From Candidatus Dojkabacteria bacterium (lineage in GTDB: Bacteria > Patescibacteriota > Dojkabacteria > SC72 > JAFGCJ01), in assembly GCA_016932785.1 (NCBI GenBank), contig JAFGCJ010000002.1, forward strand, positions 273,777 to 337,776: a stretch of 64,000 nt of DNA. The letters are read 5' to 3'. Shown piece by piece: positions 38,510-46,150 of this stretch; the stretch's first letter is position 1; each line of letters starts with the position of its first letter. The notes beneath the pieces were generated by a model. The model saw only the letters and a program-made list of their open reading frames with translations. It ran no database searches and was not told the origin of the DNA. Made by a program: the position numbers and the translations under genes.

Positions 38510-38538
38510 ATTATATATTTTGATATCGATACTGTCAA
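38510..38538 (-). promoter_or_regulatory. consensus sigma70-type promoter of the proS leader
   Basis: Minus strand TTGACA (38538-38533), N17, TATAAT (38515-38510). It lies immediately after the stop of the upstream gene. Confidence 0.75.
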
Positions 38539-38544
38539 AAGGTC

Positions 38545-39207
38545 TTATTTGTAAAAAGCCATATTCATAAAGGTCTGCTCTGTCACTACGGCAAAATCAG
38601 GAGCATATTTTGGACGAACATGATCTGAAAATAAAACTTTATTTGGATCCCTGCGCACTACCTGATTCTGACCGGAAAATAGAAAATATTGAGGGCTCCC
38701 TGCAACACAACCAAGATCAGTCCAAATAAATTGAGAAGACGCATGTCCTCTTACTGAATCCCAGCTTTTACGAGAAAAGGTAAAGGCGGCTGAGGCAATT
38801 ACTCTTGAAATCATCCAGAAATTTGACTGGCCCATTTCCATAATCTTAAACTTTGCATTCTGACCAGGCCATCTATTTGACGAGATAATTTTAAATAGAT
38901 CAGGACAACCTGTTATAGCAGTAATTTCATGAACCGAAGCAAAGGCCGCTATTGGAATATTACTATCGGGTTCAGGCATACAAGACAGAAATTGTACATA
39001 CTTAGCATTTTCAAGAACGGGGTCACTTGCAGGACCACCATCCCACGCAACATCAATTCTTTCCCAATCCATTTTGCTGCACCAACTAATTACACCCCCT
39101 AATTCTTCAAAAACCCTTTCAGGATCTTCAAACGGGTTGCTCCAAACAAGACCCAACACAGGATCTTCACCTCTTTCCTGGATTTGATTAAGTTGCTCTG
39201 ACATCAC
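38545..39207 (-). CDS. hypothetical protein
   Basis: 220-aa ORF between tyrS and the proS leader. No family motif recognised. Confidence 0.55.
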   Translation of the reverse strand: MMSEQLNQIQERGEDPVLGLVWSNPFEDPERVFEELGGVISWCSKMDWERIDVAWDGGPASDPVLENAKYVQFLSCMPEPDSNIPIAAFASVHEITAITGCPDLFKIISSNRWPGQNAKFKIMEMGQSNFWMISRVIASAAFTFSRKSWDSVRGHASSQFIWTDLGCVAGSPQYFLFSGQNQVVRRDPNKVLFSDHVRPKYAPDFAVVTEQTFMNMAFYK

Positions 39208-39281
39208 GAATATTAAAACCCTATTAAGTAACTATATGGGATTTTACCACTATAGGCACAGTCAAACAAATGAAAAAACTT

Positions 39282-40907
39282 CTATCTCATTAGGTTCTCC
39301 AGACGTGTAATCAAATCCGCCATACTCTTAGGTTCAAAATGCCTTCTGGCGGGTTCCAAAATCTTTACTACTGCTTCAGATACAGCTGTCTTTAGATCCA
39401 ACGGATGAAGCTTGCCTTCCTCAAACAGATTAAACATTTCCTGCTCAGATTCAAAATTGATATCTCCTCCATGTTTCTTTTCTCTTTTGACCTCTAGCTT
39501 TCCTAAAATAGGAAAAACCAAGTGCTTCGCCCAATCTAAAACGGGATTAAACTCAATCTCCCTTTCAGGACAGAAAGCTCCATTTATCTTCCTTCGTATC
39601 TCATCGACACTGTCATGGATAAACACACACGTATCAGGCTTAGATTTACTCATTTTCATCTCTGACCAAAGTTCTCTAAGCCTTGCCTTATCCTTAATCG
39701 GCCAAACTGGCGGCTTACCAAGACCAAGAATTAGGTGGTGATGAATTGCAACAGGCTTTATCTTATTCTTGCTTTCGTCCAATAATGGAGAGACCTCGAG
39801 TTTTTCAGCAACTTCGCGAGCTATAACATGTGCCTTCCTCTGATCCATACCCCCATGAGCAATATTTACACCAATATTAAAAATATCATTAACCTGCATC
39901 GGCGGATATACAAGCCAGGCAAAGCATTGATTCTCTCCCTCACGCCTACCCATAATCGTGGAACTCTTTACTACACGAGCCAGAGTCAGATTCTTGGAGA
40001 CATCAATAAACGATTGCCAGTACTTATCATTATTGTGATAAAACTCAGATCCAAGGATAAAATTCACTTTCAACGGATCAGCCCCGGCACACTTCAACGA
40101 TGCAATTAATGCTTCCTTAAAATATCCCACTGCAACTTCAGTTATCGTCTCAAGATCTCCATTTAGCTTTCCATTTATCCAGGCATGCCAATCTGCAAGC
40201 AAGATATTGCACTCAACACCGGCCTTGAGTAGATCCTTGATTTTAAGAGCAGTCATAAGTCCGCTCCCAATATGGAGTTTACCGGAAATTTCAAAACCAA
40301 TATAATGGCGAAGCTTAGTTTCTCCAACTATCAGCGATTCCAGATCCTTCTCCGTAAGACACTCTTCAAGATTTCCCGTTATTAAACTTTTCTTCTTTTC
40401 TTGGCTGAGAGAAAGACTCATCTCTATTTTCTCCTTATTACTTAATTTATCGGCCAATTGGGTCACTCTAACATTATGCAATTTACTCAGTGCTTCTTCA
40501 ACACTAAGGTTTATACCCTTAGCCAAATCCCCGGCTCCCATACTCCATCTATCCATATCCGCGGCTTCTTTATCAACCAATATTGGGATGTCAAGCAGGA
40601 AAGGATTTAAACACCCTGGCCGAAACTTAAAATTTTCCGCTAATGCTTGTTCGTCCAGAATATCCCATTTCCCGATGTTTTTCCTCAGAAGCTTCTGATC
40701 AATGCGTTGATCCCCCTTAAGCAGAACAGCAAAAAAGCCCTCAGATGTTTTCACAACTAAAGTCTTTATTGCAATTTGCGGATCATAATTCTTGTCCACT
40801 GAAGAATCGACCTTTCGAGCAGATATGGCCCTATCCGTAAAAGTAATTTCTTCAAAGTTCAGTCCTATTTTCTTCAATTTTCTGGCAACAGAATCAAATG
40901 TATGCAT
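39282..40907 (-). CDS. tyrS: tyrosine--tRNA ligase, archaeal/eukaryotic type, with N-terminal YbaK/ProX-like domain
   Basis: The core closely parallels M. jannaschii TyrRS from memory: HYIGFEISGKLHIGSG, LLADWHAWIN, YPPMQVNDIFNIGVNIAHGGMDQRKAHVIARE, KMSKSKPDTCVFIHDS and HGGDINFESEQEMFNLFEEGKLHPLDLKTAVSEAVVKILEPARR. The N-terminal ~160 aa follow the YbaK pattern (..IAIKTLVVK..FFAVLLKGDQRID..FRPGCLNPFLL..SMGAGDLAKGINLS). Confidence 0.88.
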   Translation of the reverse strand: MHTFDSVARKLKKIGLNFEEITFTDRAISARKVDSSVDKNYDPQIAIKTLVVKTSEGFFAVLLKGDQRIDQKLLRKNIGKWDILDEQALAENFKFRPGCLNPFLLDIPILVDKEAADMDRWSMGAGDLAKGINLSVEEALSKLHNVRVTQLADKLSNKEKIEMSLSLSQEKKKSLITGNLEECLTEKDLESLIVGETKLRHYIGFEISGKLHIGSGLMTALKIKDLLKAGVECNILLADWHAWINGKLNGDLETITEVAVGYFKEALIASLKCAGADPLKVNFILGSEFYHNNDKYWQSFIDVSKNLTLARVVKSSTIMGRREGENQCFAWLVYPPMQVNDIFNIGVNIAHGGMDQRKAHVIAREVAEKLEVSPLLDESKNKIKPVAIHHHLILGLGKPPVWPIKDKARLRELWSEMKMSKSKPDTCVFIHDSVDEIRRKINGAFCPEREIEFNPVLDWAKHLVFPILGKLEVKREKKHGGDINFESEQEMFNLFEEGKLHPLDLKTAVSEAVVKILEPARRHFEPKSMADLITRLENLMR

Positions 40908-40931
40908 GTATATAGAATAACAAAATAAACA

Positions 40932-41014
40932 TCCAGGGGGCAGGATTCGAACCTGCGAAGCCTTTCAGCGTTGGATTTACAGTCCAATGCATTTGACCAC
41001 TCTGCCACCCCTGG
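40932..41014 (-). tRNA. tRNA-Tyr (anticodon GUA), class II with long variable arm, no encoded CCA
   Basis: Minus strand: CCAGGGG-UG-GCA(GAGUGGUCAAA)UGC-A-UUGGA(CUGUAAA)UCCAA-CGCUGAAAGGCUUC-GCAGG(UUCGAAU)CCUGC-CCCCUGG-A. It has a 7-bp acceptor stem, the T-loop consensus and discriminator A. It ends 24 nt upstream of the tyrS ATG. Confidence 0.92.
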
Positions 41015-41018
41015 TATG

Positions 41019-41045
41019 ATGCCTGGCTTCGGCGATGCCTGACAT
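41019..41045. repeat. REP-derived remnant (two direct copies of the REP right arm) abutting the tRNA-Tyr 5' end
   Basis: ATGCCTGgcttcggcgATGCCTGACAT. The second copy matches the right arm of the REP at 46138-46150 except for one base. Confidence 0.55.
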
Positions 41046-41376
41046 ATATAATCGAGACATAGCTCACAACCACTGGCCTTTACTTCATGAAGATGGAGGA
41101 AAAGGGTAAAACCCAAATGGCTGTGAGCTTTTTTATTGGAAGTAGACCTGGATCAAACGAGTGCCAAAGGCTAGCCTCTTTCCAGGTCTTTGGAGATCAC
41201 AATATTTGTTTAGCACAAGAGTGCTAACTAGTTGTAATCACCGCGATACACTACTATCACCTCCTCTATAAAGAACAGCGGTTATTTTAGGCCTTAATTC
41301 CAGATAATACTCCTGGTCGGCCACCGCTCAATAAATCCGTACAAAATTAACTTTTCATTAAGCGAAAGCCCACCGG

Positions 41377-41400
41377 TGCCAGGCATAGCCTATGCCAGCA
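41377..41400. repeat. REP-like palindrome (degenerate copy, opposite orientation)
   Basis: TGCCAGGCATAG-C-CTATGCCAGCA has the same core as the REPs flanking the RAYT gene. It carries one A.A mismatch at the variable arm position. Confidence 0.65.
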
Positions 41401-41475
41401 TATTCAATTCTGCGTCCATTCGGCATAACACAAATCTGCTCTTTAAGTATTTTTTGCTTTTAGCAGCGGTTTTGC

Positions 41476-41838
41476 CAAATAAAAACGCCTTTACACAAAC
41501 CCGATCAGCTCGATCAGATTTATGCAAAGGCGTTCAGTAAACGCGGTACCACTTTGCTTTAGTCTATTGTCTTTTAACAATAAAAAAACACCACGGCGGG
41601 TGTTCGAAGTCAAGACAATAAACTCTTGTCCGGAGTGCTCTGACTTCTTTGCCGACACACTCTTTTCGCTGTCACGGGCGAAACCCGTCAATCTTTTAAC
41701 TGTAATAGTACAGTTTTTTGAGATGAAGCTCAGGAGGGTAATTCTGAAGTTTACTTGCGAAAGCCTTGCTCCAACCGGCTTTTCTCATTTGCCACAGAAA
41801 ACTTCTTACTATTTCTCCGTCAACGCTTTTAAATGAAC
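41476..41838 (-). promoter_or_regulatory. T-box riboswitch leader (Tyr specifier, full-length Stem I) with intrinsic terminator
   Basis: Read on the minus strand: GCGUUGACGGAG-AAAUAGUA-[GAAGUUU..distal..AAACUUC]-AGAAU-UAC-C-CUCCUGAGC (UAC = 41740-41738). The T-box core is AAAGCAAAGUGGUACCGCG (41560-41541). The antiterminator is GCAAAG / bulge UGGUACC / GCGUU-UACUG-AACGC / CUUUGC (41557-41524). The terminator is AACGCCUUUGCA..UGUAAAGGCGUU plus UUUUUAUUU (41534-41476). Confidence 0.85.
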
Positions 41839-41845
41839 TAATTAC

Positions 41846-41874
41846 ATTATATCATAATTTTGTTTTTTTATCAA
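41846..41874 (-). promoter_or_regulatory. near-consensus sigma70-type promoter of the Tyr T-box leader
   Basis: Minus strand TTGATA (41874-41869), N17, TATAAT (41851-41846). Confidence 0.7.
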
Positions 41875-42007
41875 GGTTTTTATGCATTAAAACCCCATAA
41901 ACAAAGACAAATACTTAAAATTGACCCCAATCGAAAACACAAATATAATCGAAACATGGACTCAGTCTTTTTCAGATTTCACTACCTAATTTCATCTCTC
42001 CTCATAT

Positions 42008-44131
42008 ATGTCAGATTTAAAAGATAGTTCTTCGACACCCAAGTCAGAAGAAAACCAAACATCTTCTCCCAAAAAATCAGGGCGTGGGAAAACTGTTGTA
42101 ATAATCCTGCTGGTTTTAGCGATCATTCTTGTCTGTTGTGTTTCTGCAGGAATAATCGGATATATTATTTATAAAAATTCTGAAGGAGACGGTAAAAGCA
42201 CCTTTACTCCAAAAAAGTTTGACCTCACACTTAATGAAGTTCAACAGGAGGTTACACAGACTTTCGGTACGGACGCAGGAGAGATTGAAGTAACAGACAA
42301 TTCAAGCCCAATCTTTGGCACCAAGATTCAAATCGGGGAGAACTTCCTAGACGAAGAAGAACAAATATCGATAAGTTTCAGAGAGATCACGGACCTTGAT
42401 ATTCCCGATGATCTAAATGCTGTAAGTGATCTAATAGTACTTACAAAAACAAACCCAGATTTGATGTTTAATCATCCTGTAGCAGTCACCATTCCTTACG
42501 ACAAAACGGAAACAAAATACGGCGAGCTAATTGGAGCCTACGAATACGACGAAGATACAGGGACAATCGAATCTACAACACTACTTGAGCACGACCAGGA
42601 CAATGGAACTGTGACTTTTCTAACCTCACACTTTACTAATTTCTTCCTGATAGAACTTGAAAAAACGTGGAACGATATAAAGTCTGGAGAATATGACACA
42701 GGATTTCGACCAGTCAATGACGGTTGGTTTATAGAAAACTGGGGAGCATATATAACTGACCGAGGCAACTGTATCGGAATGTCCACAGTTGCAAAATATG
42801 TTTACTCCCATCAGGACTTGTTCGATGATGAGTTTTACGATGCTCTGCGAGAGGGTGATGTCGACGATCAGAAGGACGACAAGATTGCAAATGAGCTGGC
42901 AGCACGTGCCCAGCTATCACTAAGCAACAGATGGAACACAATTAAGCAGGATCTGGATAGATTCAGCAAACTTGAGCAACCATCTCCTTCAAGTTTTCAT
43001 GGCAAGGCTATACTAATGAATTTCTTCGTTACAGGAGAACCTCAGGTTTTGTACGTTATGAAATTTTGGAAAGAATACAAGACCGATGGCACATGGGTAT
43101 GGAAAACTGGAAGATATCACGCAATAATGACCTACAAATATGAAGGCGGAAAATTCGCCCTCTATGACCCCAACTTCCCCTATCGTAAAGGCAAAACCAG
43201 CTGGGACAACGAGGTAACCTATTCGTGGGATAAAGGATTCGGAGTCTACGATGACGGTTATGGAGGCTACAACTACTTCCGGCATATCGGGCCAAACCTG
43301 GTTATCCAAGACAGTTTAATTGCAGGCCTGATCGACAAAGCCAAGGGAGGATTCCAGGATGACGAATTCCCCGAAATCGAATTCTATTCCCCAGAGGATG
43401 GATCAACAGTAACCGGGAAATCTGTAGTAATAACAGGAAAAGTATCTGGTGGAAAATACGAAACCGAAGCCGGAGAAAAGTACATGCACTGGTATCACCA
43501 AAACGAAAAAGGCGGTATCCAATATGTCCGCGGACCGGTAAATGCAGATGGTACATTCAGTCAGGAACTACCAGTAGTACCAGGAAGCAATACTGTAAAC
43601 GTACTCCTAGCCGGCTCACAGCCAAATAAAGAATGGGCCGGATACGACTCTATTTCCTTTGATGCAACAGTAAAACCTGCCGACATGATTGTCACTCTGA
43701 CCTGGAGTAAAAACCAAAGCGATATTGACCTTCATGTCACAGATCCCCAGGGTAATCACGTTTGGTATAGCAACATGAACGCCCCTACTGGAGCTCAGTT
43801 GGACTTCGACAATACCTCAGGATATGGGCCGGAGCACTACACGATAAGCTCAGAAGAAGGAGACCAGATGCCATACGGTAATTACAAAGTGGATGTCGTT
43901 TACTATGCAGATCATGACGCAGACTACGATTCTACACAGCCCGTTCCCTGGACTATTACCGCACGATGGGTAAGCAGAATTCTTCCTGATACTCAAGAAA
44001 AAATATGGGAGAGCGTAACAAGATCTGGAGTTCTGACATCGGAAGGACAGACAACTGGAGCTTATACGATTAATTACGAAGAGCCTGCTACTGATGAAAT
44101 TGAAATCGTTGCAAATCCATTTGGGATATAG
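42008..44131 (+). CDS. membrane-anchored protein with putative papain-like Cys-His-Asp domain and C-terminal DUF2135 (YfaP-like) domain
   Basis: TM VVIILLVLAIILVCCVSAGIIGYIIY. Candidate triad: GNCIGMS, RYHAIM and LYDPNF. The C-terminal LTWSKNQSDIDLHVTDPQGNHVWYSN..GAQLDFDNTSGYGPEHY matches the DUF2135 signature as I recall it. Confidence 0.6.
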   Translation: MSDLKDSSSTPKSEENQTSSPKKSGRGKTVVIILLVLAIILVCCVSAGIIGYIIYKNSEGDGKSTFTPKKFDLTLNEVQQEVTQTFGTDAGEIEVTDNSSPIFGTKIQIGENFLDEEEQISISFREITDLDIPDDLNAVSDLIVLTKTNPDLMFNHPVAVTIPYDKTETKYGELIGAYEYDEDTGTIESTTLLEHDQDNGTVTFLTSHFTNFFLIELEKTWNDIKSGEYDTGFRPVNDGWFIENWGAYITDRGNCIGMSTVAKYVYSHQDLFDDEFYDALREGDVDDQKDDKIANELAARAQLSLSNRWNTIKQDLDRFSKLEQPSPSSFHGKAILMNFFVTGEPQVLYVMKFWKEYKTDGTWVWKTGRYHAIMTYKYEGGKFALYDPNFPYRKGKTSWDNEVTYSWDKGFGVYDDGYGGYNYFRHIGPNLVIQDSLIAGLIDKAKGGFQDDEFPEIEFYSPEDGSTVTGKSVVITGKVSGGKYETEAGEKYMHWYHQNEKGGIQYVRGPVNADGTFSQELPVVPGSNTVNVLLAGSQPNKEWAGYDSISFDATVKPADMIVTLTWSKNQSDIDLHVTDPQGNHVWYSNMNAPTGAQLDFDNTSGYGPEHYTISSEEGDQMPYGNYKVDVVYYADHDADYDSTQPVPWTITARWVSRILPDTQEKIWESVTRSGVLTSEGQTTGAYTINYEEPATDEIEIVANPFGI

Positions 44132-44276
44132 GACTGGAAGAACGAATTAATACGAATAAATCGGATAGCAATTCGAATTTGAAGCAGACAGCAAGTTGGT
44201 CGATAGAGGCACCGGGGGCAGAGTCGCCCTCTCACGTGTAAAGGGCGACCCCGCCGAAGGCGTGGAAACAGATAAT

Positions 44277-44561
44277 TCATGGCCATGACTGGGCGGGCTG
44301 AATTTTTGTAATGACGCACGAGCCCTCTATCATTTCATGATCTGAAACTGATGAGGGACAGCTGAGTTCTCCAGTAAAGAGATTCTTTTCAGCACACCCG
44401 CTGTACGGAATAGAAAAACCCTCTGGAGATCTGTACAGAGCTTCAGCCTTGTAGTCACAGTCCACGGTCATGTTCTTATATACAAGCCCCCCCACTGCAA
44501 TCAGGAGCAACACAGCCAGTACCACCACTCCTGCTCTTCTTGCTACGATCCAGAATTTCAT
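44277..44561 (-). CDS. small membrane-anchored hypothetical protein (G+C-rich)
   Basis: ORF 44277..44663 trimmed to Met35 (MKFWIVARRAGVVVLAVLLLIAV..), which is preceded by GGGAGGTGAGGGAG. Confidence 0.5.
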   Translation of the reverse strand: MKFWIVARRAGVVVLAVLLLIAVGGLVYKNMTVDCDYKAEALYRSPEGFSIPYSGCAEKNLFTGELSCPSSVSDHEMIEGSCVITKIQPAQSWP

Positions 44562-44787
44562 CTCCCTCACCTCCCAGACAAAAGTCCCTATCATCTCTGA
44601 TAGAGCTACATAAAAACACACAGTATTCTTATGAAGCCCTATCAGATCCCAACTTGCTGTCAAAGAACGGGGCTTGAAGTCCGCAAGACCCGGAATTTGA
44701 GCCCAGAGACATTCGACCCTAAATTTTGGGCAAGATTATAGCACAAAGTGGAATCTAATAGGCAAATCTGTAAAACAAAGGATCCCC

Positions 44788-46077
44788 TTATATCAATCTG
44801 GCCGAAATTACCAACAATCCGACCAAAGCAATCAACCCCATTGCACTCGCCACCCTTGCATAGTATTTCTCCGAGCCGGAAACCCGCGCTATGAAAGCCT
44901 TAAACATACTGTTACTCGAAACAGCCATAACAATAGTAAGCCAAGCCAGACCACTAGACAAATCACCCGCCCTAAACTGCCTGGCCATTGAAAGAGTAAC
45001 AGCATCAACATCAGCAATTCCAGAAACAATACCTACAACAGCATAACCGAAAGAACTCAAGTTCATTCCGGCAAAAGCCCTTGTAATAAAAGAGATAACC
45101 GAATAGATCAACCCAAACATTATTGCAGGCCGAAGAGAAAGCGGACTACCGAGTTTTATCTCCGCCTCATTCTTATCCTCTGAACCTACCTCTGCCTTGT
45201 TTGACCACCTTGCCAAAACAGCAATACCAGCAAGAGACATCACTAGTATAGGAAGTGTATCTAACGACAACATGGAAAAATCCACAACCCAGACTTCAAG
45301 CATTACTCTGAAAAGCTTAACCACCGTCGCGGCGACTGCGGCAAAAGCATAGGCATCAACATATTTTGGGTTCTTCTTACTATCCTGAGCGGTCGACTGA
45401 GTAACTGCGGTACTACTTACCAAACCACCCAGAACCCCAGTCAAACCGATCCCATGCGCCCCACCTACCATCTTTGTAAGAACATAACCCACAAAACTCA
45501 CACCAGAAACGAAAATCACCATCAGCCATGTTTCGTACGGATTAAATGCGTCATTTACACCAAGTATTGCAAAATCCTTATTCGGCAATAACGGCAAAAT
45601 TACGAAAACCATGAAAACAAACTTAAGAGTGTCATACCACTCAATCTGCTTCGTCTTCTTCGCAAAACCATGCAGCAAGTCCTTTGCCGAAAGCAAAATA
45701 GCAAGTATAACCGAAAGAATTACTGCCAGATTCTGATAATCCTCTATCATCGAAACCGAAGATAAAACATAGACCAATAACACACTAAGCTCAGTAGTAA
45801 GCCCCATATACCCCTTCACAGCCGAAACATAATATGACGTGACGATTAAAATTATTATCCCGCCTAAAACAATATATATGAGAACAGGAAGATCATTCCG
45901 CTGCGCAATATACGATGTTATCGCTCCGAGAAGCGCAACTATTAAATACGTCCTGATACCAGCGAAACCCCGCTTCTTCTTACGCGTACCTTTCTGCTGG
46001 TATATCTCACGCTCAAGACCGACGAGACCACCGATTGCTACTGAAACAAGGAAGTTCGTAAGAAGAGACAGCTCCAT
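44788..46077 (-). CDS. MgtC/SapB family plus DUF4010 membrane protein
   Basis: Start taken at MELSLL.. (Met15 of the track ORF). VAIGGLVGLEREIYQQKG..FAGIRTYLIVALLGAI is the MgtC N-terminal signature. About 12 TM segments overall. Confidence 0.7.
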   Translation of the reverse strand: MELSLLTNFLVSVAIGGLVGLEREIYQQKGTRKKKRGFAGIRTYLIVALLGAITSYIAQRNDLPVLIYIVLGGIIILIVTSYYVSAVKGYMGLTTELSVLLVYVLSSVSMIEDYQNLAVILSVILAILLSAKDLLHGFAKKTKQIEWYDTLKFVFMVFVILPLLPNKDFAILGVNDAFNPYETWLMVIFVSGVSFVGYVLTKMVGGAHGIGLTGVLGGLVSSTAVTQSTAQDSKKNPKYVDAYAFAAVAATVVKLFRVMLEVWVVDFSMLSLDTLPILVMSLAGIAVLARWSNKAEVGSEDKNEAEIKLGSPLSLRPAIMFGLIYSVISFITRAFAGMNLSSFGYAVVGIVSGIADVDAVTLSMARQFRAGDLSSGLAWLTIVMAVSSNSMFKAFIARVSGSEKYYARVASAMGLIALVGLLVISARLI

Positions 46078-46123
46078 AATGTACAAGCAGTTTAAATTAG
46101 GGCTATTAGATTGTAGCACAGGA

Positions 46124-46150
46124 TGTCAGGCATAGGCTATGCCTGACATA
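46124..46150. repeat. REP palindrome flanking the RAYT gene (3' side)
   Basis: ATGTCAGGCATAG-G-CTATGCCTGACAT has 13-nt perfect arms around a single central nt. It overlaps the last codons and stop of the RAYT ORF. Confidence 0.8.

Noticed and set aside
41061-41135. Plus-strand hairpin AGCTCACA..TGTGAGCT followed by TTTTTTATT, considered as the terminator of an unannotated plus-strand sRNA. SRP, 6S, tmRNA and RNase P were considered.
   Set aside because: No conserved motif of those RNA families was found (no GAGGAAAGUCC, no SRP GGAA/AGCA loop, no tRNA-like end). There is no upstream plus-strand promoter or gene, and the loop is 52 nt. It is left unassigned.
41738-41743. Reading the Tyr-leader specifier as UUA (Leu) one nt upstream of UAC.
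   Set aside because: Aligning the three leaders on the shared C(U/C)C(C)UG(A/G)G 3' strand places the codon one nt before it in all cases (UGG-G, CCC-G, UAC-C). The UGGU bulge and the adjacent tRNA-Tyr and tyrS agree with Tyr. The register still needs a covariance-model check.
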